DNA from: Pseudomonadota bacterium
GTDB lineage: Bacteria > UBA10199 > 2-02-FULL-44-16 > DYJF01
Assembly (NCBI GenBank): GCA_043823065.1
Contig: JBDRBB010000010.1
Location: 219,725 to 283,724, forward strand
Direction: 5' to 3'
Length of the DNA stretch: 64,000 nucleotides
Shown: piece by piece, positions 1 to 7,608 of the stretch
How positions within the stretch are numbered: the stretch's first letter is position 1
Layout of the letters: every line of letters starts with the position of its first letter
Notes under the pieces: model-generated
Told to the model about the DNA's origin: nothing
The model's database searches: none
What the model saw: the letters and a program-made list of their open reading frames with translations, nothing else
Position numbers and translations under genes: made by a program

Positions 1-260
1 AGATGTCTGCTAAATTCGTTAAAATCCAATTCTTCAGGATCTCCCAATAATCGGGAAAGATCATAAGTGCCTTCTGGGCTGGCTAATAAGGCCATATTGG
101 TTGGGGAAGGAGATAAGGGGGCGGATAAAGGGGAGATAAAAGGGTTTTCGCTGAAATCAGGCGCAACACCAGTTTCTAGCTGGGATTCTAAATCCTGCGT
201 CCATTCATCCCAAAAATAATGGTCTGGGATTGAAAACCTTTGAAGAATTTCGTTTGACAT
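1..260 (-). CDS. Hypothetical protein, 5' part (runs off the left edge)
   Basis: Manual translation from ATG at 260 (MSNEILQRFSIPDHYFWDEW...) stays open to position 1; a promoter-like motif lies upstream. Confidence 0.55.
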   Translation of the reverse strand, partial: MSNEILQRFSIPDHYFWDEWTQDLESQLETGVAPDFSENPFISPLSAPLSPSPTNMALLASPEGTYDLSRLLGDPEELDFNEFSRH

Positions 261-297
261 GGTTGAATATATTCAAATTTATCTTGGTACATACATA

Positions 298-325
298 TTA
301 TCGGTTATGTTAAGCAGAAAGTTGC
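298..325 (-). promoter_or_regulatory. GCAAC-N17-CGATAA putative alternative-sigma promoter
   Basis: Same motif at 32597 and 61831, each upstream of a minus-strand start; CGATAA resembles the sigma28 -10 box. Confidence 0.5.
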
Positions 326-492
326 TAAAAAAATTCTTTTGGGGACGTTTCCCCCCTAGCTAACTCCTTGAAATCAGAATTAAATAATAGCCGACTTGAA
401 AAAGTTGCTTGAATTTCGTCAGCCATGTTCAAAATTGCTACAGTTAAAGAAATTTCCAAATTCTAACCAGGCAAAATCTAACAACTTTATTT

Positions 493-508
493 TGGCATTA
501 TACTTGCA
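493..508 (+). promoter_or_regulatory. Sigma54-type -24/-12 promoter
   Basis: TGGCAT-TATAC-TTGCA fits TGGCAC-N5-TTGCW, 12 nt before the transposase ATG. Confidence 0.55.
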
Positions 509-520
509 ATGTAAAAAATC

Positions 521-1153
521 ATGGTTAGAGCAGCAAGAATTTTACCAACTTCAGCTATGCTACATATAATATGTAGAGGAAATAATGGAATGAGAGTATT
601 TCATAATCGACAAGATTTTACCCATTTTTTAGGAACATTACAGCGTTTTACTGGTAAGTCACCACTATTTATCCATAACTATGTGCTTATGCATACTCAT
701 TTTCATTTACTAGCTTGGGTTGAAGACACACAAAAAATGGCTAAAATTATGAAGTCAATGTTGTTATCTTATTATCATTATTTTCGTAAACGTTATGCTT
801 ATTGCGGACATCTCTGGCGCGGTAGATTTAGAAGCATACATATTGAAAGCGAGGAACATTGGTTGCAATGCGGACGATATATTGAGTTAAATCCTGTTTA
901 TGCGGGAATATGCAAAAAACCTGAGGAGTATAATTGGACTAGTTATCATTATTATGCTTATGGTAAAGAAAATATTTTACTAAGGCCGATTATGAAGATC
1001 AGTGGATTGAATACAAATGCAACCGGTCAAAATGGTCAGAAAAATAATCAAGATGTGAATGAAAGATATCAAGATTTTGTTTACGCAGGAATTAATTTAG
1101 AATATCAGATACAGAAAAAGAGATTTGAGAAAGGCAAATTTAATTCATTGTAG
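521..1153 (+). CDS. REP-associated tyrosine transposase (RAYT, Y1_Tnp HUH family)
   Basis: HIICRGNN, YVLMHTHFHLL (HUH), GHLWRGRF and RYIELNPV (catalytic Tyr) motifs. Confidence 0.9.
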   Translation: MVRAARILPTSAMLHIICRGNNGMRVFHNRQDFTHFLGTLQRFTGKSPLFIHNYVLMHTHFHLLAWVEDTQKMAKIMKSMLLSYYHYFRKRYAYCGHLWRGRFRSIHIESEEHWLQCGRYIELNPVYAGICKKPEEYNWTSYHYYAYGKENILLRPIMKISGLNTNATGQNGQKNNQDVNERYQDFVYAGINLEYQIQKKRFEKGKFNSL

Positions 1154-1232
1154 ATATAGATATTTCAAAATTTCAAGTTGCCTTATATAAACTAATGATA
1201 TTAAAGAGTTAGCGAGGGGGGAAACGTCCCCA

Positions 1233-1835
1233 ATGTCAAATTTATTTGTGAAACAGATTGCTATTGGGCCGATGATGAACTTTGCTTATCTGGTGGGGGC
1301 AAATCAAAGCCAAGAGGCAATTGCCATTGATGTGGCCTGGGATGCTCAAAAAATTATAGATGAAGCTAAAAAGGCTGGGCGCCAAATTGCAGCAATTTTG
1401 CTCACCCATACTCATTATGATCACTGCAACGCTGTGGATGATTTTACTCGCCAGCAGCAGGTGCCAATTTACGTGCATAAAAGCGAAACCAGTGGTTTAA
1501 GTCAAAACTTGAAGCTTAAACCAACTCAAGAGGGCCTAAAACTAGAGATTGCTGGTTTGCAAATTGAGTGCTTGCATAGCCCAGGCCATACTCCAGGTTC
1601 GCAATGTTTTTTAATTGATGATGCTTTATTTACTGGCGATACTTTATTTGTAGGTAATTGCGGCCGGGTTGATCTGCCAGGAAGCAGTCCTAAAGATATG
1701 GAAAATTCGTTACTCAGACTTTCCAAGTTGCCAGAAACGGTTGTGGTTTATCCAGGCCATGATTATGGAGATAGCAGGACTTCGACGATTGGTGAAGAGA
1801 AGAGAAGCAACTATTATATGAAGCATGGAGTTTGA
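1233..1835 (+). CDS. MBL-fold metallo-hydrolase (glyoxalase II-like)
   Basis: THTHYDH, PGHTPG, TGDTLF and PGHDY motifs. Confidence 0.9.
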   Translation: MSNLFVKQIAIGPMMNFAYLVGANQSQEAIAIDVAWDAQKIIDEAKKAGRQIAAILLTHTHYDHCNAVDDFTRQQQVPIYVHKSETSGLSQNLKLKPTQEGLKLEIAGLQIECLHSPGHTPGSQCFLIDDALFTGDTLFVGNCGRVDLPGSSPKDMENSLLRLSKLPETVVVYPGHDYGDSRTSTIGEEKRSNYYMKHGV

Positions 1836-1840
1836 CGGCC

Positions 1841-1892
1841 CCTTCGACAAGCTCATGGCGAACGGACAATTAGTCAAGGGCCCGCAATGACA
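1841..1892. repeat. REP-like composite (CCTTCGACAAGCTCA-type unit plus CGCAATGACA end)
   Basis: CTTCGACAAGCTCA matches the reverse complement of 12798-12811; CGCAATGACA matches the family-B right end at 9971-9980. Confidence 0.6.
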
Positions 1893-1903
1893 AAAAGGTT
1901 TTC

Positions 1904-3742
1904 ATGAAAAAAGATTTTTTAAAGGAATTGATTGAAAACGGCATCCTTGCTGATGGTGCCATTGGCACGGAAATATATAACCGTGGCGTGTTTATTCACC
2001 GTTCTTATGATGAACTGAATTTAACCAATCCAGAGCTCATCAAAGAAATTCACCTGGATTATTTAAAAGCTGGTGCTGGTTTTTTAACCACTAATACTTT
2101 TACAGCCAATCGTTTGGCTCTGGCCAGTTTTGGTTTAGAAGATAAAGTAATTGAGATTAACAAAAAAGGCGCCCAGCTGGCCAAAAGCGCTGCTGGCGAT
2201 GGCGCCTATGTTGGCGGTTCAGTGGGACCAGTAAAGTGGGCAGCCAAAACTCCTTTAAGCGATGAAAAAATCAAAGAGGTTTTTAGAGAACAAATTCAGG
2301 CTTTAGCAGAAGAAGGAGTGGATGCAATTATCTTTGAGACCTTTCTTAATTTAGAAGAATTAAAACTCGCCTATGATGCTGGTCGCCAAGCTTGCCAGCT
2401 TCCTTTAATTACCCAGGTTTCCTTAAAATACGTAAGCGAAGAAGAAGGTTTTGCTGGTTTAGATCCAGCAGATGCAGCGCGCACTATGGAATCTTGGGGC
2501 GCAGATGTTATTGGCGTTAATTGTTCAGATGGGCCGCAAGGAGTTTTCGAAGCAGTAAAACTGATGATTAAAGCTACCTCTAAACCCTTGTCAGCCATGC
2601 CTAATGCTGGACTGCCTAGAATGATGCAAGGCCGGCTCATGTATTTGGCTTCTCCAGAATATTTTGCCGAATATGCCAGGCGCTATGCTCAGCTGGGTGT
2701 GAGTTTAATTGGTGGCTGTTGCGGAACAACTCCAGCTCATATCAAGGAGATGAAAAAATATCTGAAAGCCATAACTCCAGGCAGTAGAGAAAAAACAGAA
2801 AAGATTGAAGTAAAAAAACCCAGGCTGGTGCGCCAAGTTCCTGCTGCGGAAAAATCTAAATTTGGCGCAACGTTTTTGCAGAAATTTTCTATTAGCGTGG
2901 AAGTAGATCCGCCGTTGGGTATTAATCCCAAAAAAGCATTAGAAGGAGCAAGACTGCTTAAGGATCTGGGAGTAGATGCCGTAAATATTGCTGATGGTCC
3001 GCGTGCTATGGCCCGCATGAGCCCCATGGCTTTAGGCGTGCTCATCAAGGAGCAGGTTGGCATTGAGCCTATTGTTCATTATTGCTGCCGCGATCGCAAT
3101 CTCTTGGGTATGCAAATGGATTTAATTGGCGCTGCAGCTCTTGGTTTAAACAATGTTTTGTTAATCACAGGTGATCCACCTAAAATGGGTAATTATCCAG
3201 ATGCCACAGCAGTGTTTGATATTGATTCCATTGGCCTGATTGGTTTTGTGGCTAATCTAAATCAAGGTTTGGATTTTTCAGATCGGCCCCTAAAAGAGGC
3301 CACCAACTTGCTGATCGGCTGTGGAGTAAACCCAGGTGCAGTAGATTTAGATTTGGAAGTTGAGCGCTACAAACAAAAAGTTGCCGCAGGCGCGGAATTT
3401 GTTTTTTGCCAACCTGTTTTTGATAACAAACTTTTGCTCAGCTTTTTTGAGCGGATTAAAGATGTGCCGCAAATTCCATTTTTTGCTGGAATCATGCCTT
3501 TGGTTTCTTTGCGCAATGCTGAATTTTTACATAATGAAGTTCCAGGTATGCAAGTTCCAGAGGAGATTATGCAAAAAATGGCAGCAGCTAAAACCAAAGA
3601 AGCCCAAAAAGAAGTGGGGCTAAGAGCGGCTAAGGAAGCTTTGTTGGCAGCCAAAGAATTGTCGCAAGTTAGCGGCGCTTATATTTTCCCGCCACTTGGG
3701 AATTATCAATTAGTAGCAGATTTGCTAAGCGTTCTTAAATAA
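1904..3742 (+). CDS. yitJ: Bifunctional homocysteine S-methyltransferase / methylenetetrahydrofolate reductase (YitJ-like)
   Basis: DGAIGT, GVNC and GGCCGTTP in the N-terminal half; MTHFR-like NIADGP, CRDRN and ITGDPP in the C-terminal half. Confidence 0.88.
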   Translation: MKKDFLKELIENGILADGAIGTEIYNRGVFIHRSYDELNLTNPELIKEIHLDYLKAGAGFLTTNTFTANRLALASFGLEDKVIEINKKGAQLAKSAAGDGAYVGGSVGPVKWAAKTPLSDEKIKEVFREQIQALAEEGVDAIIFETFLNLEELKLAYDAGRQACQLPLITQVSLKYVSEEEGFAGLDPADAARTMESWGADVIGVNCSDGPQGVFEAVKLMIKATSKPLSAMPNAGLPRMMQGRLMYLASPEYFAEYARRYAQLGVSLIGGCCGTTPAHIKEMKKYLKAITPGSREKTEKIEVKKPRLVRQVPAAEKSKFGATFLQKFSISVEVDPPLGINPKKALEGARLLKDLGVDAVNIADGPRAMARMSPMALGVLIKEQVGIEPIVHYCCRDRNLLGMQMDLIGAAALGLNNVLLITGDPPKMGNYPDATAVFDIDSIGLIGFVANLNQGLDFSDRPLKEATNLLIGCGVNPGAVDLDLEVERYKQKVAAGAEFVFCQPVFDNKLLLSFFERIKDVPQIPFFAGIMPLVSLRNAEFLHNEVPGMQVPEEIMQKMAAAKTKEAQKEVGLRAAKEALLAAKELSQVSGAYIFPPLGNYQLVADLLSVLK

Positions 3743-4641
3743 TCATCAACATTCATGGCAGCGAGCAACCCTTGGGTTGTGGATACTAATGGTTGTTGGG
3801 GCCTGCCACAAATTACATCGCCACAAGCAAATACGCCAGGAACTGGGGTTTGGAACTTTTCATCTATAGGAATATTATCTTTTTCTTCTAGTTTAAGTGC
3901 TTGTTTGAGGAACTGATTACTAACTTGATATTCGTGTTGATAATTAAAAATATAATTAACTGGCAAAGATTTTTCCTGGCCAGCCACAAATAAGGTGACA
4001 TTTTCCACATGCTTATTGCCGGTAATGGATTTTAGGCTGGCGCTAAATAAAAGATGAACCTTTTTATTGTTTTGCAAATCATTTACCAGGCGATTTTCAA
4101 TATCTAGTTTATTGGATGGAATAATAAAGTGTACCTGGCGCGCATATTTGCTAAGTAAAATTGCTGCTTCTGCTGCAGTTTTATTTTTGCCAACAATGGC
4201 AACTTCTTTATCTTGGGTTAGAGAAACATCGGTTTGCACATCGTGAGAAACTCCTTGGCCAAAAAATTCCCGACCGCCTGGCAAATGGCCAGTGCGACCA
4301 GCTGCGCCAGTAGCTAAAATTACGCTTTTTACTTCAAATTGCTGCTCTCCGCCTTCGGCAATCTTTTTTTCTTCTTCAAAATTTATTTTATTGATTTCCA
4401 AATGTTTGATAAAAGCGCCGGCTTTTTGGGCTTGTTTGCGCAGTCTATCAATAATTTCCGCGCCATTTATTTCATCAGGAAAGCCCGGAAAATTGCCAAG
4501 CATTTTTAGGCTGGCTAAATAACCCTGTTCTGTTTCTTTATCAACCAGCAGAGTAGTCCAGTGTCTTGCAGCTAAATGCATTGCTGCCATACAACCTGCT
4601 GGGCCACCACCAATTATAAGTACGTCATATGATTGTTTCAA
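3706..4641 (-). CDS. Thioredoxin reductase-like FAD oxidoreductase lacking CxxC
   Basis: IIGGGPAG, ILATGA and GVFACGD motifs; TTG start at 4641 after AGGAGG; the longer ORF start is REP-derived. Confidence 0.8.
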   Translation of the reverse strand: MKQSYDVLIIGGGPAGCMAAMHLAARHWTTLLVDKETEQGYLASLKMLGNFPGFPDEINGAEIIDRLRKQAQKAGAFIKHLEINKINFEEEKKIAEGGEQQFEVKSVILATGAAGRTGHLPGGREFFGQGVSHDVQTDVSLTQDKEVAIVGKNKTAAEAAILLSKYARQVHFIIPSNKLDIENRLVNDLQNNKKVHLLFSASLKSITGNKHVENVTLFVAGQEKSLPVNYIFNYQHEYQVSNQFLKQALKLEEKDNIPIDEKFQTPVPGVFACGDVICGRPQQPLVSTTQGLLAAMNVDDYLRTLSKSATN

Positions 4642-4673
4642 GTGTCCTCCTATTGTCATTTGTCCAAACACTT

Positions 4674-4731
4674 TGTCATCCCCGCGTAGGCAGGGATCTA
4701 TAAGTGGATTCCCGCTTTCGCGGGAATGACA
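4674..4731. repeat. REP doublet, family A (TGTCATYCCCGC...GGGATC / GGATTCCCGC...GGGAATGACA)
   Basis: Two inverted palindromic units; same family at 8077, 40643, 58990 and 60689. Confidence 0.85.
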
Positions 4732-4736
4732 AATTA

Positions 4737-5333
4737 TCAAAAGCTAAAACTCTGTTGCTTACTTGATTCCTCATTTTCCTCTGGATGTTCAATTTTCCAA
4801 TTCACAGCAACTTGTTTTTTAGCATTGCCGAATTTGGAAATGAAAAAAACTTCGCTCTTGTTAGCGCCATATTCAAAAACTTCCTTGGTAATGCGCACAT
4901 CTTCCAGACAGTATTTTTTTAGTTTATCAATTTCACCATTGTTCCAATAACGGATGGCATCTAGTCCTGAACCAATTTTTTGTTTGTTCAAAGTTGCTTG
5001 GGCTACGCTATCTAAACTCACGCGATGCCCTAATATCTTGGTTAATTCCTCCAGGATATCAAATTGAGGCATATTTTTAAGATTAATAGTCAAATATTGC
5101 TGCAAAATTGGGCAATCAAACTTGCGTGAGTTAAAACCAACCAAAAGAGGCCTATCTTGAAGAGTTTTTTCAAATTCCTTAAGATCTTTTTCCTCGAAAA
5201 TTTGATATTCATTAGTTTTATAAAAATAGGCTCCCAGCACGCTAATTTTTAAGTCTGTCAGGTTTTGCCGGCCACCTACATCTGAAAAGGCGTTTTGAGT
5301 TTCAATGTCAAAGACAATGATATTTTTAGACAT
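4737..5333 (-). CDS. RNase H-like DEDD exonuclease (YprB / RNase_H_2-like)
   Basis: VFDIET, VGFNSRKFD, SLDSVA and YCLEDV motifs. Confidence 0.8.
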   Translation of the reverse strand: MSKNIIVFDIETQNAFSDVGGRQNLTDLKISVLGAYFYKTNEYQIFEEKDLKEFEKTLQDRPLLVGFNSRKFDCPILQQYLTINLKNMPQFDILEELTKILGHRVSLDSVAQATLNKQKIGSGLDAIRYWNNGEIDKLKKYCLEDVRITKEVFEYGANKSEVFFISKFGNAKKQVAVNWKIEHPEENEESSKQQSFSF

Positions 5334-5378
5334 GCCAGCAACCTATCATAAATGAGTCCTAAATCAAGCCCTGCTTCA

Positions 5379-5546
5379 CCTGCTTTCAGCTAGCGCAGAG
5401 ACCAGTAGGTTTTGGGTACGCCTTCGTTTTTGGTTACGCCCAAAAACTTGTCTCTGTCTCTTGGCGAGCGTGGCATCATAAGCATAGATACGCTCGCCAG
5501 CGAGATGCCCCAAAACCTACTGGTCTCTGCGCTATCTGAAAGCAGG
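5379..5546. repeat. 168-bp fold-back element with 38-bp arms
   Basis: CCTGCTTTCAGCTAGCGCAGAGACCAGTAGGTTTTGGG pairs with 5509-5546 (1 mismatch); two internal hairpins. Confidence 0.8.
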
Positions 5547-5620
5547 ATTTCGCACCGGTGCAAAACCCAATGCGGAATCTAGGTGAAACTTTTTTCTGAA
5601 TAATTGCAGGTAGCGTTGTG

Positions 5621-5830
5621 AACATGTTTGGCAGGTCTTAAGGTGATTTGTCCGAAAAACAGACAGCTGAGTGCCATATTTGCGCACTTATCCTCGGTAG
5701 GGAATTGGATACGGAGATAAGGCCACCTTACGGATGGGCACACAAATGCTGGACGAAATCTCGGCAAATTTGAGCATCAGCTGTCTGGGCTTGAGGACTA
5801 TAATTCACCTTAAGACCTGCCAAACATGTT
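5621..5830. repeat. 210-bp fold-back element with perfect 26-bp arms (MITE-like or structured RNA)
   Basis: AACATGTTTGGCAGGTCTTAAGGTGA / TCACCTTAAGACCTGCCAAACATGTT plus inner stem CAGACAGCTGA / TCAGCTGTCTG. Confidence 0.8.
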
Positions 5831-5900
5831 GCCAAAAATTAATGCGATACTTCGGTAGATTTGCGCTTGGTGGAGCAATTTCGGATTGTAAAACAACCTA

Positions 5901-6299
5901 ATGCTTGGTAAAATCTGCAAATTCATGAATATCTCGGGGATTTCTCTTATTATTTTATTTGTCCTTTCTATTCTGGTGGGAGGCGGTATTGTTCTAATCT
6001 CTGCCTGGCTGGGGAGAAGTGTGAAAAGTCCAGAAAAACTTATTCCCTATGAATGCGGTCTAGATCCTCTGGAAAGCCCAAGAATGCGTATTTCCATTAG
6101 ATATTTTTTAGTGGCAATTCTATTTGTAATTTTTGAGGTGGAAGTGGCTTTTTTATATCCCTGGGCCATGATTTTTCGTGAGTTTTCTGATGCCGGAGAA
6201 GGTGTGCTTGCTTTTAGTGCAGGTGCAATATTCTTAAGTCTCTTAATTGTGGGTCTAATCTATGTTTGGGGTAAGGGGGCGTTGGAGTGGGAAGAATGA
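5901..6299 (+). CDS. nuoA: NADH-quinone oxidoreductase subunit A
   Basis: PYECG, FEVEVAFLYPWA and KGALEWE motifs; alternative start at 5925. Confidence 0.95.
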   Translation: MLGKICKFMNISGISLIILFVLSILVGGGIVLISAWLGRSVKSPEKLIPYECGLDPLESPRMRISIRYFLVAILFVIFEVEVAFLYPWAMIFREFSDAGEGVLAFSAGAIFLSLLIVGLIYVWGKGALEWEE

Positions 6300-6733
6300 T
6301 GGACAACTTTTTCACAACCAAGATTAACGAATTTGTGAACTGGGGCCGCAAATACAGTCTTTGGCCCATGCCTTTTGGCACGGCCTGTTGTGCCTTGGAG
6401 TTTATGTCAGCAGTTTCCGCGCGTTTTGATATCTCGCGTTTTGGAGCTGAACTAGTTAGATTTTCTCCGCGCCAGTCTGATTTGCTGCTGGTGATGGGCA
6501 CCATAAGTTATAAGCAAGCGCCTATTCTCAAACGAATTTATGAGCAAATGGGTGAACCAAAATGGGTGGTAGCTTATGGCGCTTGCGCCTCTTCAGGTGG
6601 TTTTTATAATAACTATCATACTATTCAGGGCATAGATAAAATTATTCCAGTTGATGTATATGTTCCAGGCTGTCCGCCCAGGCCAGAACAATTGTTTGAG
6701 GCAATTTTAAAGATTCAAAAGGAGTTATTATGA
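6296..6733 (+). CDS. nuoB: NADH-quinone oxidoreductase subunit B
   Basis: GTACCALE, SPRQSD and VPGCPPRPE motifs; ATGA overlap with nuoA. Confidence 0.95.
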   Translation: MMDNFFTTKINEFVNWGRKYSLWPMPFGTACCALEFMSAVSARFDISRFGAELVRFSPRQSDLLLVMGTISYKQAPILKRIYEQMGEPKWVVAYGACASSGGFYNNYHTIQGIDKIIPVDVYVPGCPPRPEQLFEAILKIQKELL

Positions 6734-7608
6734 AAAAAATAATATGCAGCATTGTTGCCATTTTGCTGGGTTTCTCAACAACAGCAATGGCCAAGACAGA
6801 TGATTTTGAGGAAGGCAAAAAACTAATTTTTGAAGGTCAGCTGGAACAAGGCGCAGAACTGCTGGAAAATTATGTTACAAAGAATTCTCGCGATAAAAAC
6901 AAAACTCCTGCTGCGCTTTTACTTCTAGGCCAAACCTTAGATCGCTTTGCAGATCTGCTAAGTGAGCAGGCTGAAATGCAATGTTATTGGCAAAATAAAA
7001 CAGGTGGTTTTGCCTGCATGCAGCAACAAGCAGAACAGGCCAATAAAGTCTTTGGCAAAGGTGCTTTTAAGGCAATAACTGACATTGCTTATATTCCTTA
7101 TACCGGGATTCATTATCAACTTATCTTAAAAAAATTTGCCAAATCTGATGAAGCGCCTTTGGCGGAATTTCAATTGCTTTTGAAAGATTTGGTTGGTCAT
7201 CCAGATCAAGTTTTGCCCAAGATTAAAAAATTTCTAACTAAACACCCCTCAGGAGAGGCTCATCGCAAAGGCCTGCTCTTGTTGGCCAGAGTTAACGAAG
7301 ATATTTGGTACATTCATCGGGATTGGAGCTGGGTGCTATATAATGACGTAGTTGCCACAGAAGAGTTAATTATTAGGGCAGAGCCCTATCGCCAAGAAGC
7401 AATTAGGGTTTATCAAACCTTGGTTAGTAAATATCCTAAAACCTTTGAAGGTAAGATGGCTAAGCAAGAATTAGCCTTGGTTCAAAACCAAAAATACGAT
7501 TCAGAGACTTATAGTATTTTATCTGATTCAGTTGGTGGCGCTCCGGAAAAATGGGGCACACCTATTCCAGCGCCCAAACTCAAGGCCAAGCCCAAAGGAA
7601 ATCGTTAA
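6730..7608 (+). CDS. Secreted helical TPR-like protein inside the nuo operon
   Basis: Signal peptide MKKIICSIVAILLGFSTTAMA; TPR/BamD-like segments (YQTLVSKYPKT); overlaps both neighbours. Confidence 0.65.
   Translation: MKKIICSIVAILLGFSTTAMAKTDDFEEGKKLIFEGQLEQGAELLENYVTKNSRDKNKTPAALLLLGQTLDRFADLLSEQAEMQCYWQNKTGGFACMQQQAEQANKVFGKGAFKAITDIAYIPYTGIHYQLILKKFAKSDEAPLAEFQLLLKDLVGHPDQVLPKIKKFLTKHPSGEAHRKGLLLLARVNEDIWYIHRDWSWVLYNDVVATEELIIRAEPYRQEAIRVYQTLVSKYPKTFEGKMAKQELALVQNQKYDSETYSILSDSVGGAPEKWGTPIPAPKLKAKPKGNR

Larger units (their letters stand above)
339..1233. mobile_element. Y1/RAYT transposase element bounded by inverted repeats
   Basis: TTGGGGACGTTTCCCCCCTAGCTAACTC (339-366) matches the reverse complement of 1206-1233 at 27/28; weaker complementarity extends to about 60 bp. 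Confidence 0.75.

Noticed and set aside
4642..4740. N-terminal extension MIICHSRESGNP... of the TrxB-like ORF
   Set aside because: It is a translated REP doublet; AGGAGG plus TTG at 4641 is the better start
5579..5767. 62-aa ORF, and similarly 9194-9427 and 12750-13040
   Set aside because: These lie across palindromic repeats or antisense to nuo genes, with no protein features
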